Of a DNA stretch of 20,000 bases, positions 19,700 through 20,000 are shown in pieces. The stretch lies in contig JBNGIO010003970.1 in NCBI GenBank assembly GCA_049999805.1, forward strand, positions 61,403 to 81,402, given 5' to 3'. The translations under genes were made by a program, and so were the position numbers. The DNA comes from Folioceros fuciformis. Lineage: Eukaryota. Every line of letters starts with the position of its first letter. Position 1 is the stretch's first letter. Under the pieces are notes generated by a model, which was not told where the DNA came from, did no database searches, and worked only from the letters and a program-made list of their open reading frames with translations.

Positions 19700-19981
19700 T
19701 AGGGAGGAGGGCTCCGGATCCGGACCGAGCTCCGTTTGCTCCGTTTCGGTGTCGGTCCGAGATTTTCGTAAAGCGGGACCATGCTTTCCATTTCTCAGCC
19801 CACTATTTTTCCCGGGTTCTATTATGGGAGACATTGGGCTTTACACGCAGGGAAGAGAAAAAAGCGGACCCTGTACAGAAGCCTAAAGTGAACAGGAAAT
19901 AGAGCGGGCGGACACCATTAATGGTGCCCGCACGTTCCCTACGTCTCCGTTCGGTACCCGCTATACAGTCCACCCTCCCTA
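19700..19981. mobile_element. Candidate hAT-like MITE upstream of the POT gene
   Basis: 8-bp terminal inverted repeat TAGGGAGG (19700-19707) / CCTCCCTA (19974-19981), with subterminal TCCGTT and CGGACC/GGTCCG motifs. No matching TSD. Confidence 0.25.
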
Positions 19982-20000
19982 AATGTTACCTGTTGGGAGT

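Overview
This is eukaryotic, gene-dense plant nuclear DNA with short introns (mostly 70-270 nt). It most resembles a compact-genome non-seed land plant such as a hornwort or lycophyte; the organism is inferred, not established. Six spliced genes were reconstructed by hand with frame-consistent splice sites: TFIIS (+, 1220-2408), a VIR3-like chloroplast HExxH metalloprotease (+, 2844-4687), CPR5 (-, 4922-7919), a small conserved plant protein (+, 8417-8921), a 21-exon CLC anion transporter (-, 9197-13886) and a PEPT1/SLC15-type POT peptide transporter (-, 17440-19555). Region 13.9-17.0 kb is a cluster of unrelated minisatellites containing a perfect 20-bp hairpin, probably transposon-derived. 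Region 1-1080 is an AT-rich, CpG-depleted stretch with no recognisable gene. Four items stand out. (1) The CPR5 first exon adds a signal peptide, a repeat-containing luminal domain and an extra TM helix. (2) The CLC has GGGVT in place of the GSGIP/GPGIP selectivity motif and carries a GC-AG intron. (3) The peptide transporter is animal-PEPT1-like rather than a typical plant NPF. (4) A pre-miRNA-like hairpin is built from a minisatellite unit. All homology calls come from remembered family motifs, not from searches.
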